A stretch of DNA of 64,000 nt from Carcharhinus longimanus (taxonomy: Eukaryota), in the NCBI GenBank assembly GCA_030264375.1, contig JASCQW010000190.1:25792339-25856338 (forward strand), written 5' to 3'. Numbering within the stretch: the stretch's first letter is position 1; every line of letters begins with the position of its first letter. The position numbers and the translations under genes are program-made. The notes under the pieces are model-generated. The model saw only the letters and a program-made list of their open reading frames with translations, did not search any database and had not been told where the DNA came from. Shown piece after piece: positions 50,777-61,435 of the stretch.

Positions 50777-53574
50777 TATAGCAAACCTGCCCAAGAGGCC
50801 TAGTCACATCAAGAGGCCTACACCAGGAGAATGCTATCCAGCTCAGAAAGGGAGAGAGAGGCAAAGAGGGGAAAAAAAGGAAAAGCAATAATGGCAGTAG
50901 CAGCAAAAAGTGGAACCACAGAGAAGTGGATACACAGAGAGGGGGAAAGGGAGTGAAATACATAAAGACACATATGTGTGTGTGTAGGGGAACTGGAATG
51001 ATTAATAAAAAAATTGCAGGAAGCAAAAGAGACAAAAAAAACCAGGGTAACAAATAGTAACTGTGGAAAAGTAATGAAAAAGAATTTAAAAGTAAGGAAC
51101 CACCTAGAGAAAGCAATTAGGTGAAGAGACGAGAAAAGCGAATATTGAGCAAAATCAAAGACAGAGATGAAAGACTACTAACATTAGATAATAAACAACT
51201 GGAAAAGAATAAGACAAAAAGAACAAAATGAAAAATCACTAAAAAGACACACTGTAAACATTATGCAGAACAAATGATCTCAAGTACATTACATTCTTTA
51301 CTTTCACAATGTAGCTGATACTAGATATTCTTACAGTTGCCACATAAAGTTTGTTTTAATAAAGTTTCCAAACGATCAGCAGCAACTTTCAACGATTAAT
51401 GTGAAATTATTTTGACAAAAAGGACAGTTAAGGCCAAACATTTTCTTTCAAATACACCATTGAATGGCAAGTCATTAACTTAGAAGTTTGCACAAAAATG
51501 ATGAATACCAGTGCATTAATCAAAGTTATCCAGCTTGCCAGATAGCACTCAGCATTAACCTTGCAATTGAAGACAAATACAGTATCTTAACTATGAGGAC
51601 ATCTCAAATACAGCCTTTTGGATCTAGAGGCCAACCTGGATACAAGAATGCATGCAAAAGAGGCCAAGAATATCAAAATACTCTTCAGTTTGTACATTTT
51701 ACTATAATTACTGTTATTCAAAAAAATACTCAGCACAGAGAGAGGACTGACTGTTCCAGTAATCTGTGAATAACAGACATTATACAATCACCACTAAATC
51801 ATATTTCCAAATAGGTACTTATTTTCACATTTTGTTATCTGCTTAATTATGTAATTTCACTTTTGTAATCATAAGGTTCTTTTTCTACTTACTTCTTACT
51901 GTCGATCATTATATAATGTACGCAATTGTCAGCAAGATAAACTTAATAAAGTCCCATTTCAGTTTATTTTACCTCCCACCAAAACCTACATTTCCCAAGT
52001 AGACTTTGCATCAGATTTTCTCAGTTATACACAATATCCCCTCGTATCTGCTACAGCGCAAGCTGTTCAAATCCAGTTCAAGATCAACTTCTGCCAACAA
52101 ATAGAGGCTCAATCTTAAAAGACACAATGTACATTTCCATAAAGCATGACAGTGTCAGTAGTCAGCCCATCACCCAAAACTCTTAAGCTGTTGACTGTTT
52201 CCAAATAAGATGATCTGTACGCTTTTGTCATCTGTTTAAAATGATGCCGCATTTTAAGCAGTTTATCAAGTCTCGAGCCTTTAAATCAGAATGATCTTTA
52301 AGTGAAGCAGAAGATTGACCAATACACTGGATTATCAATAACTGAAATCTAACAGGTCATCAGTTTTTCTCATTTGCGGGGTCATTTTTCTTGTAACTTT
52401 CACCTGTGAATCTTTTCCAATCACCTTTGGGATCGAGTACAAAAGGAGAATAAAAAATACTGATAACAGCAGTGTTAGGGTGACAGTCACTCAAAACACC
52501 AGGACAAATTTTGACAATTCAAAATTCCACATTAAACATTAATTATGAATGCTCATGTGATATACAACTGGACATTCTGTCCAAAGACCTGCTACATTTA
52601 TCCAGCTGTTAAACCTGGTTGGTGAAAAAAAACAAAGTATATTCTACTGCTTTGAGCCACTTGTGATGTATCTTTTACACAAATGATCAATAAATTACTA
52701 ATGTTATGTAATGTTCTACATTTGTTTTCATCCAGTGATGAAATTAACTTAAAAAAAACTACTACCTGAGTCCTAGCTGCCACAGAGCATCATTGCAAGT
52801 CAAAAGAAAGCTACACAGAATCTAATGAAATTAACAAGCGACAAAAATAGTTTGAGCCTAATGCCAGGTGGTGAAATGATTAAAAAGAAAGCTATCTACA
52901 GATGCCTTTCCCGTCTCTCCACAATACAATGAACTCAATGTTACATATAAAGAAATCAACGGTATTAATATAATAGCTTAACGATGGCATCGATTACATC
53001 AGCAGACTTTCTGGGGTTTTTTTGTTTTTTTAAATTTCTTTGTATTTCTATAACCGTCCCACTCGGTACCTCTCCAGTCTGGTATGAACTGATAAGAACT
53101 GTTATCGCACTTGGCAATCTATATCAGGACCTAGATCAAGCCTCCGGCTTATCGTGTTTTCTCATCACCCAGTCTACAGTCAAACAAGCTCTACTTTTGT
53201 TCAATGTTTCCTTTAGCAGAAAAATAGAGTCGTCATCAGAAAAGAGGGGGCTCTATTTTTTTTTAAAAAAACTAAAACAAAAGCAAACCCATGCTAAAAG
53301 GAGGGGAAATTGAGAATAAAAAGCAACAGTGGGAAGAGGAATCAGATTATCTGTTAGCGTGTGCTCTCTTACTCCACAGCAGACGCAGAGCACCCCGCAC
53401 ACACAGTAGGCCTCAAGCCATTCTGCTATGTCTTTATGCAAAAGAGTACAAAAAATACACTATATGTAAACGGTGCGGAGAAAGTTCTAGAAGCATGCAT
53501 CCCAGCAGGGGGGNNNNNNNNNNNNNNNNNNNNNNNNNNNNNNNNNNNNNNNNNNNNCAAAGCGACAAACTCAC

Positions 53575-53614
53575 GTTTAATCTGCCGGGGGTTACTCTGT
53601 TTCCTCCTGGACAT
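53575..53614 (-). CDS. ZFPM1: ZFPM1/FOG1 coding exon 1 (MSRRKQSNPRQIK + first base of R), NuRD-interaction motif
   Basis: Translation MSRRKQSNPRQIKR matches the FOG1 N-terminus (FOG2 has MSRRKQSKPRQIKR). Start context gccacaATGT; 40 coding nt followed by consensus donor C|GTGAGT (phase 1); lies at the edge of a CpG island. Confidence 0.92.
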
Positions 53615-53689
53615 TGTGGCTGCCGGTTGCCTGCCTTGATTAGGGAGGAGGGGGTGGATGGGTGGGGAGTTGGAGAAAGGGGGTAGGTT

Positions 53690-54105
53690 TACGGGTAGAC
53701 AGCCGTGCTTTGCACTCGCAGCATGTCACTGGGGCGAGAGGGAGAGCGCAGCCTGAGCACGGCACTGAGTGAGCAGAGCCCGGGAGCGGGAGCAGCAACA
53801 GCCGCCGCGGCGCAGCGAGCCATTCACAAGCGGCGCGTAGTAACAACTCACCCGATACACTGTATCCACTCCGCCGTCTGACGTCACGCCGCCCACCGCC
53901 GCCATGGCAACGGGGCAGCCTCGAGCCGTGCGTCAGGACGCAGCTAGGTAAACAAAGGCCGCGTGACGTCACACGCTCCACCTGTTCTTCCCCCCCCACG
54001 TGGAGTTAAGAGCCCACCTGAGCAGGCACAGATACACATAGACATCAAGCAGCCGGTCAATTCACCGCAATAAGCATGGAATCTGTGTTTTACGGGCGGG
54101 CCAAA
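53690..54105 (-). promoter_or_regulatory. CpG-island promoter / 5' leader of ZFPM1
   Basis: Only strongly CpG-rich stretch in the window. Two full CRE sites TGACGTCA (53879-53886, 53964-53971), RFX-like CCATGGCAAC (53902-53911), forkhead GTAAACAA (53948-53955), E-box CACGTG (53997-54002), GC box GGGCGGG (~54094-54100); no TATA box seen. Confidence 0.85.
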
Positions 54106-54722
54106 TTTTTCACTCAGGTGTCCAGCAGTGCCAAGTTTTTTATTTGGGTAGATCAGGTTTTCATTGAAGTGTATTGGCAGTTTTCACTCAGGTCTCCAGG
54201 TTTCACTTAAAGTGTTGGAGTTGAGTCAATTTTTCGCAAAGGTGCACAGATAGACCAAGTTTTCGCTCAGATAGGTCAAGTTTTCGTTCAGATGTGCAGG
54301 TAGGTCAAGTTTTCACTTGGGTGTACAGATAAGTCAGATTTGGTCGGTCAGGTTTTCACTCACGTGTCCAGGTTTCACGAAGGTGTCCAGTTAGGTCAAG
54401 TTTTCACTCAGGTATACAAGTAGGTCAAGTTTTCACTCAGGTGCACAAATGGGTCAAGTTTTCACTTGGGTGTACAGATAGATCAGGTTTTCACTGAGGG
54501 GTATTGGTCGGTCAGGTTTTCGCTCACGTGCACAGATAGATCAGGTTTTCACTGAGATGTATTTGGTCGGGCATGTTTTCACTCAGGTGTCCAGGTTTCA
54601 CAAAGATGTCTAGTTTGGTCAAGTTTTCACTCAGGTGCACAAGTAGGTCAAGTTTTCACTCAGGTGCACAGGTAGTCCAAGTTTTCACTCGGGTGCAAAG
54701 TTAGGTCAACTTTTCACTCAGG
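54105..54722. repeat. Degenerate minisatellite, ~29-bp unit AAGTTTTCACTCAGGTGCACAAGTAGGTC, roughly 20 copies
   Basis: Recurring ggtcaagttttcactcaggtg core directly visible; best-preserved units at ~54620-54720. Confidence 0.9.
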
Positions 54723-55124
54723 AGCAGTAACATCCGTTTCTGTCATTGAAAACTTGACCAATCATTACAAAAAAGATGCACATCTAACCCCTCATGAGAA
54801 AAATACGCAGCTGCTCCATTTGTTTAGTTTGATTTACAAGCTATCACGTTCTTTGTCATCGCAAATGCAATCTTAACTTTTCTTTGGCAAGTTTTTTTAA
54901 AAACAGCCCCTCACACAAGTGGAATTCCATATTTACAACTCTCCAAAACTAGCTACAGTGGTACTCTTGATCGGGACTGCACATTCTCTCCCTATAAAAG
55001 TGGCAGGGACATGTATGCTCCCCCTCTAGGAACTGAGGCACCGACTAGGGAAGCAATGTGTTCAGGCCCTGCCAATCAATGTGTTGTTCACAGAGGCACT
55101 GCCTGCTGGAGTTTTATTGGTTAA

Positions 55125-55250
55125 ATACAAAGCACATTGCTGATGCTGGAAATCTAAAATAAAATCTGAAAGTGCTGGAAATATTCAACAGGTCTATCAC
55201 CATCTGTGGAGAAGAAAACAGAGTTAACATTTCAAGTCGGGTATGATTCT
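55125..55250. mobile_element. Penelope-like terminal fragment
   Basis: Same motif family as 4775-4895. Confidence 0.6.
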
Positions 55251-56574
55251 TTAAAAATTTAAACACTTCAAACGTTGTACAGCTTTCCAGCAGGGTACTG
55301 CTAAACTTTTCCCTGCCTATCCAGCAAAGACTTCGACAAAATGCAGGAATTGAAATTAACAATTTGAGCAGGAAACTGTGGATTTTGATGTTTGTCAGCT
55401 AAAATTGCAGAAGATTAAACAGGTCAGAGGCCAAAACAGGCTAAGCACCGCTATTTTATCTGAATGCATATTGACTTCTAAAATCACTTATACACACATG
55501 CCTCAATTGCAGCTGCTAAGCAATTTTCTGTGACCCCTGCAGTACACTGATTTTATATCTGACAGAAAATGCAATCAGTGTTCAGGAAAGATCTCTCAGA
55601 TATTAGATACAACCATCGGCATGATTACCCTTCATATTTAGAAATTGCACTTGAACACTCGGACATCAGAGGCAGTACAATGGCACTTATGCTAGCAATT
55701 CAATGATGTCTAACTCGCATATGAGTGCCACAGAAAATTACCATGTAGGTAATAGGGTACTACACAACCCACAAATAAAGATTGACTTCAGCAATACTGG
55801 TAATAAATTGACATTACTTTAATTTTTTTAATGTTAAGGTGGCGTATGATCCTCCCAGTTTCACTTTTCTCGAAATACCCAGGTTCCAGCATCTCATGAC
55901 TGGGAGATATGGGCTGTATATGAAAATCTTTGTTTTGCACAACCTGTGCATTAAGGCTGGAGAGTGATATAACGTGCTAGAAATTAGTTCACACTGGCTG
56001 ACCAAGCTGAAAAGATTGATTCTTGCTTCTGAAGAAATAGACCTGAGACTCATCTGTTATTAGGTTTGATAAATTACACCAGTGAGCTGTAGTTTCCTGC
56101 TGGATGTTTCTGAGCAGCTTGTTAGCAAAATGCCCCCAATATTCTAATGAACCTATGCTTTCTGTCTGCCATAATGGAGGTATAGGTGTCAAAAATAGGC
56201 CATTGAGCCTCAAGCCCAGAGGCCCAGCATACTAATCAGGCAGGACCTTGGAATGATCAAACAGTGCTTCAGATGACTGGCAAATACCTCATATATGCCT
56301 CTGAAACAATGGCCAAAGTAATAATGTGCTGCATTCTGCATAACATTATCATTGCTAATATACATCAATTGATTAAACTTCAGGAACCAGAGCAGAGAAA
56401 TATGAAGACATCCACGTTTAACGCCACACGGAAAGAAGATGTATGTGAAGCAACAATCGTTGGTGCGTGGCTTGTTCCCCTGAGCAGTGGGCATCGTATA
56501 TATCTCATTTTGTTTTCTAGAGTACGTCAATCAAATTAATTGAATTGCTCTACAGAGCCAGCAAGGACTCTCCA

Positions 56575-59220
56575 TTGGCCACAAATTCTGATGGAGTGGC
56601 AATTGAGGTGATTCTATCTCGCCCAACCTACCTATCCAGGCCAGGCAAGATCTGGGCAATGCAGAATGTTCCTGGGGCCTAGCGCCAAGGCCTGTAGAAT
56701 AGGTCAAAGCTAGTAAACATCATCCTTTTTTGTAAACAGCACAACTACTGTGAACTAGAGCCTGATTTCTAGGCCTACTGGGGAGTGCAATCAGTGGTAG
56801 CAGGAGCAGATGCAAAATCCATTTCCGCCCATGATTGGCTTCCGACATCAGTTTTATACTAGCTGACCAATTAATTGCTAGCCAGCATGAAAAGCCTGCT
56901 GAGACACTCTGAGCACTGCTGACAGGGCAGGAAGGGGATCAGCAACAGGACGAAGTAGGGGACAGGTGGGGGGGGAGGGGTTTAAATGAAGTTCCCTGAA
57001 GGCTGACAGTTGTTCAACAGCCTCAGGGAGCTGTTTGAATATTTAGGGGCCTGACTACTTTTTCCAGTTATTGTGCTGTCCATAGTGTCAGCAATATGCC
57101 ATCTGCACCTGCAGCACATGCCAGGTGGGATCGAAAGGCCCAGGGCTAGTCCATCCCCTGCTTTTCTGATGAGTCTCTGCAGGTTCTGCCGAAGCAGTCA
57201 GTGCACAGCATGACAACGTGCTGTTGCAAGACAGAAAGAGGAGGTCTGGATAGAGGTGGCAGGTCAGATCAGCGGACATGATGTCAAATGAAGGACCTGA
57301 ATCCAGTGAAGGAAAAAGTTCCATGACCTTCTGTGTTTTGCCACAGTAAGTGCTAGTTCCGGCTGGAACTGTGGACAGATGTCTTTGTGGGCATTAGCAC
57401 TCGCTGGCTGAGCGAGTGGGCGAGGACATGGCAGATGGACAAGTGTGAGGTTATCCACTTTGGCAGGAATAATAGTAGGAGGGATTACTATTTGAAGGGC
57501 GAAAAGCTGCAGCATGNNNNNNNNNNNNNNNNNNNNNNNNNNNNNNNNNNNNNNNNNNNNNNNNNNNNNNNNNNNNNNNNNNNNNNNNNNNNNNNNNNNN
57601 NNNNNNNNNNNNNNNNTTATTGAATGGCGGGGCAGGCTCGAAGGGCTAGATGGCCTACTCCTGCTCCTATTTCTTATGTTCTTATGTTCTATGGTGCTCA
57701 GCAGCATGAAATGCAGAGTGTAAATTGACTTGTATTCCTGTGCCTCGAAAGATTACATGTGGTTAGACTGAGTGGCTGGCATGCATGTAAAATTGAGGCA
57801 TGGCAGCGTGATGGCACTTGAATCAGTGTCTTTTGTGGGGAAGCTAGTATGTTCCAGCATTTCGAGGGGGGTTCTTAAGAACGTACCTTTGTCCTTGCAG
57901 GAGAAGAGGAGTCACAATGTGCAGGAACAACGACTGACAGGTGATGATGTCTCAAATCTTCTGCTGTTGAGTCAGGTAGAAGAGCAAGTACTGAAGATGA
58001 TATGTGAACATGGAGTCAAGTCTACTGATCAAGGAGAAGAGGCAAAGAGTCCAGTGAAGACAGAAAAAATTGAGGGAAGGTATAAGGGATGAAGGACAGT
58101 AGTTGTAAGACTGGCATATGAAATCCATTGCTCACCCTTTGGAAGTCTTTGCTCAGCCAGACGTACATTCTGAGAAGCAACCAGACTGCATGCAGTCTGA
58201 CTTCATAATGCTGTTTGTGACTGACATTTTTTCTTCGTCTCTCAAATAAAACATTTTCTAGACCCCAGAAGGATCCCAAGGATCATTCCTTAACCTGTGA
58301 TGATGACCTGCAGCCAAATCATCTGCATCACGTCTTCCCTCTGCACCAGTGAAGATACAGGCACATCAGGCATTTGTATTTTGGAGCAGATGGTAGTGCA
58401 CAATGGTGAAGGCATGAGGAACTGGTGGAGGAAGAGTGTCCCCACGGCACCGGCAGTGGGACGATTACTGAAGACCAGGACAATGATGAGGCTCTGGAAT
58501 CATCCATCAGACAGCAAATGCTGGATGTCAAGCGAGATCCATGTAAAGGTCTCACAGAGATTCCTGAGGATCTGCGTGCCATGGTCTTTATATTGGAGGA
58601 GTCATGCAGAGCATGAGCATTCATCAGCCCACAGCTCTGAATGCACTGTTTCCTCCATAGCAGAAAGTGATGATTCTCATGGACTGGCTGCCCCAGGAAG
58701 TCGTGGAGGAATTTCCTCCATGACATTCATATCTGCGTGCCCAAACACTTGCAGTGACCTCAGCAGGTCACTCAATGTAAAAGATGAATGAGGCACCCCT
58801 CCATCTATAGCGAGCAGGGAGGTTCAAACCAATCTCATGTTTCTAGATGACCTGCAGCTTTGTTGATCTGTGGGGTCTTCCCAAGGTCTTCCTGATAATG
58901 GCAGCAGCCCCTCTGCCCATCTGCCATTGACCTTCACAACTGAAGATATTGTGATGACTGAGCAGTGTCCAGCCATGTTGCTGGACACTCCCACCTAGAC
59001 GGGCCTTCGCAGGCTCTGGCAACCAGAGAACAGCCATCACTGATGGGGCATCAGAGTCAGCAGCCTGCCTCCAATCCAGAGAGGGGGGATACCAAGGTGT
59101 GGCATTCACAAGTGAAAACTTAAGTCTATGATCACATGAGGGATTGCACGAGTGATTATTGTTTCTTTGACCACATAATGATGCATGTATATCTCATCCT
59201 TCAACATTAAAATGTTGTTA
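56575..59220 (+). mobile_element. Decayed PIF/Harbinger-type element carrying a Myb/SANT-like (MSANTD/NAIF1-like) ORF remnant
   Basis: PCFSDESLQVL...RT*IQ*RKKFHDL then donor gtaagt (~57346); acceptor ttgtccttgcag| at 57900 then EKRSHNVQEQRLTGDD...LSQVEEQVL (cf. EKRAHN.RER..TGGG). Confidence 0.6.
57390..57692 (+). mobile_element. Young CR1 insertion spanning a gap, nested in the Harbinger remnant
   Basis: LSEWARTWQM..CEVIHFGRNN; tail ttcttatgttcttatgttct. Confidence 0.85.
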
Positions 59221-59529
59221 AATCCTATTGGTTTGAGCCTTGGGCTGATGGGGGTTAGTTTAAGTAAAGCCAGACCTTGTATGTTTGGAGGGTGGGTGGT
59301 GGATGATGTGAGTCATCAGGCCTTGTAGAGAGGGGGGTGGGTTGGGCTTGTGGAGAGGAAGGGTTGTCAGGCTGGGTTGGGCCTTGGGGAAATAGGGGAC
59401 TAGTTGGAGGTTGTGCAGAATCCCATGGGAGGGGTGGAGGTGGAATTCCTTGTGGGGATGGAGTTGGTAGTTGTGGTTGGTATAATAGTTAACCAAAAGC
59501 TAGAAGTGGTTTTGATTTTTCTGTTTATA

Positions 59530-60360
59530 AGTCCTAGAGGTCTACAGCACAGAAATAGCCCTTTGGCCCATCAATATGTGCTGATCAAAAACAACCCTCT
59601 AACTATTCTAATCCCATTTTCCAGCACTTGGCCCATAACCTTGTATGCCTTGGCATCGCAAGTGCACATAATAATAATTCTTAAATGTTTTGAGGGTCTC
59701 TGCCTCCACCACCCTTTCAGACAGTGAGTTCCAGACTCCCACCATCCTCTGGGTGAAAAAGTATTTCCTCACATCCTACTAACTCTCTTTCTCCTTACTT
59801 TAAATCTATGTCCCCAGTTAATTGATCCCTCCCCCAAGGGGGAAAGTTTCTTCCTATCTACTCTACTTATGCCTCTCATAATTTTATACACCTAATCATG
59901 TTCCCTCTCAGTCTCCTCTGCTCCAAGGAAACAACTCCAATTTATCCAATCTCTCTTCATAAATAAAACTCTCCAGCCCAGGCAACATGCTGGTAAATCT
60001 CCAGTTCATCCTTTCCAGTGCTATCACATCCCTCCTATAATATGGATTCCATAACTGCACACAGTACTCTAGCTGTGGCCTTACCAACATTTTATGCAGT
60101 TCCAGCATAACCTCCCTGCTCTTAAACTTGGCTAATAAAGGCAAGTACACCAAATGCCTTTCTAACCATCTAATCCACCTGTCCGCCTACGTTAAGCGGT
60201 CAGTGTACATGCACACCAAAGCCCTTCTACTCTTCAATGCTTCTGCTGTTCATCATGTATTCCCTGGCCTTGATTGTCCTGCTCAAGTGCATCACCTCGC
60301 ATTGATCTGGATTGAATTCCACTTACCATCTGACCAGCCAGCTTATATCTTCCTGTAATT
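59530..60360 (-). mobile_element. CR1 LINE 3' fragment
   Basis: KSREVMLELHKMLVRPQLEYCVQLWNPYYRRDVIALER. Confidence 0.9.
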
Positions 60361-60499
60361 TCCCACAATTGTCCTGCACTGGGAACTGTCTGAAAATTGT
60401 GCTTTTATATCATAAATTTTAGACAGTCCTGATTGTGTCATAGTTTCCCGTATTCAAACAAACAGCGAGCAGAGCTGTGAGTTCTGATTCAAACAGCCA

Positions 60500-61435
60500 G
60501 TAGAGCCGGATGACATAGTGGTCTTAGCTTCAGACAGTGGCATGTCATGTACAGTGGAGGAGTTTCAAAAACTTGTCAAATCGAATGGTATTCATCATGT
60601 TAGGTTAGCATCTTACCATCCAGCTACCAATAGGTTAGCGGGATGCGCTGTACAAATGTTCAAATCATTAATGAAAAATAAGTTAATAGGCCTTTACCTC
60701 TATGTATAGCTAGTTTCTTATTGTCATACACATCATGCCAATTGTGACCACAGCTGAGCTATTAATGGGGCGCCACTTGCAGATGCAGTTGGATATGGTA
60801 TTACCAGATTTGACAGGCAGGTTGGAAGCTAGACAAGCCTCCCAGAAAGAAAATCTTGACTCAAGAAAAAAAGGCAAGAGTTTTCCAAGTAAATGATTTA
60901 GCCTTGGTCAGAAACTTTGCAGCAGAACTGACGTGGGTGACGTGGGAAAGATTGTCATGGTGTGGAGATGCCGGCATTGAACTGGGTGAGCACAATAAGA
61001 AGTCTCACATCAGGTTAAAGTCCAACAGGTTTATTTGATAGTACGAGCTTTCAGTGCATTGCATCTTTATCAGATGACTCATCTGATGAAGGAACGGTTC
61101 TCCGAAAGCTCATATGACCAAATAAAACTGTTGAACTGTGTTGTGAAATGAAACTTCTTACTGGAAAGATTGTGGAAAGAACAGAACTGGTCTCCCATGT
61201 TGTAGAGATACAAGGTTGTTGTGGCAAGAAACATGTAGACCATCTGAGGAGGAGAGTTGGGCATGATACAGGACTTCAACAGGTGACCCCTGCAGTCAAT
61301 TCAGGATTGGCTACGGGGATGTTAGTTGTAAATGTGGAACCAGTGCAACCAACAGTTTCTGTAACTGAGGAGACAGCAGCTACAGATGAGGATTTTGACT
61401 CTGGACCAATGAGTTTGTCTTTTGCAACCGTTTGA
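60500..61435 (+). mobile_element. Gypsy/Ty3 LTR-retrotransposon integrase remnant
   Basis: LASDSGMSCTVEEFQKLVKSNGIHHVRLASYHPATNRLAGCAVQMFK (cf. SDNG..FTS.EF..F...NGI.H....PYHPATNGLAER.VQTFK) and C-terminal FQVNDLALVRNF...GKIVER...HVDHLRRR. Confidence 0.85.
60956..61162. mobile_element. Palindromic Penelope-type short element inserted in the Gypsy remnant, 11-bp TSD
   Basis: GGAAAGATTGT repeated at 60945-60955 and 61163-61173; imperfect inverted arms centred near 61078; a half copy lies at ~27550-27640. Confidence 0.75.

Larger units (their letters stand above)
7097..53574 (-). other. ZFPM1: ZFPM1 intron 1 (~46.5 kb including N gaps)
   Basis: GT..AG boundaries between the two coding exons. 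Confidence 0.8.

Noticed and set aside
53426-53574. ORF continuation after MSRRKQSNPRQIKR
   Set aside because: Runs through the GTGAGT donor and an N gap; intronic.
53575-53614. Assignment to ZFPM2, SALL or BCL11 genes, which share an MSRRKQ motif
   Set aside because: The SNPRQIKR-S continuation fits FOG1; FOG2 has SKPRQIKRP, and SALL/BCL11 have AKPQH/GKPQH-type continuations.
53640-53999. 119-aa ORF over the CpG island
   Set aside because: Non-ATG start in GC-rich stop-poor sequence; no recognisable protein features.
54105-54722. CRISPR-like repeat-spacer array
   Set aside because: Eukaryotic context, no unique spacers and no cas genes; units are contiguous degenerate tandem copies.
58297-58791. 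164-aa and 132-aa overlapping ORFs as a host gene
   Set aside because: Lie within the decayed Harbinger-like element; no domain recognised and frames are mutually inconsistent.
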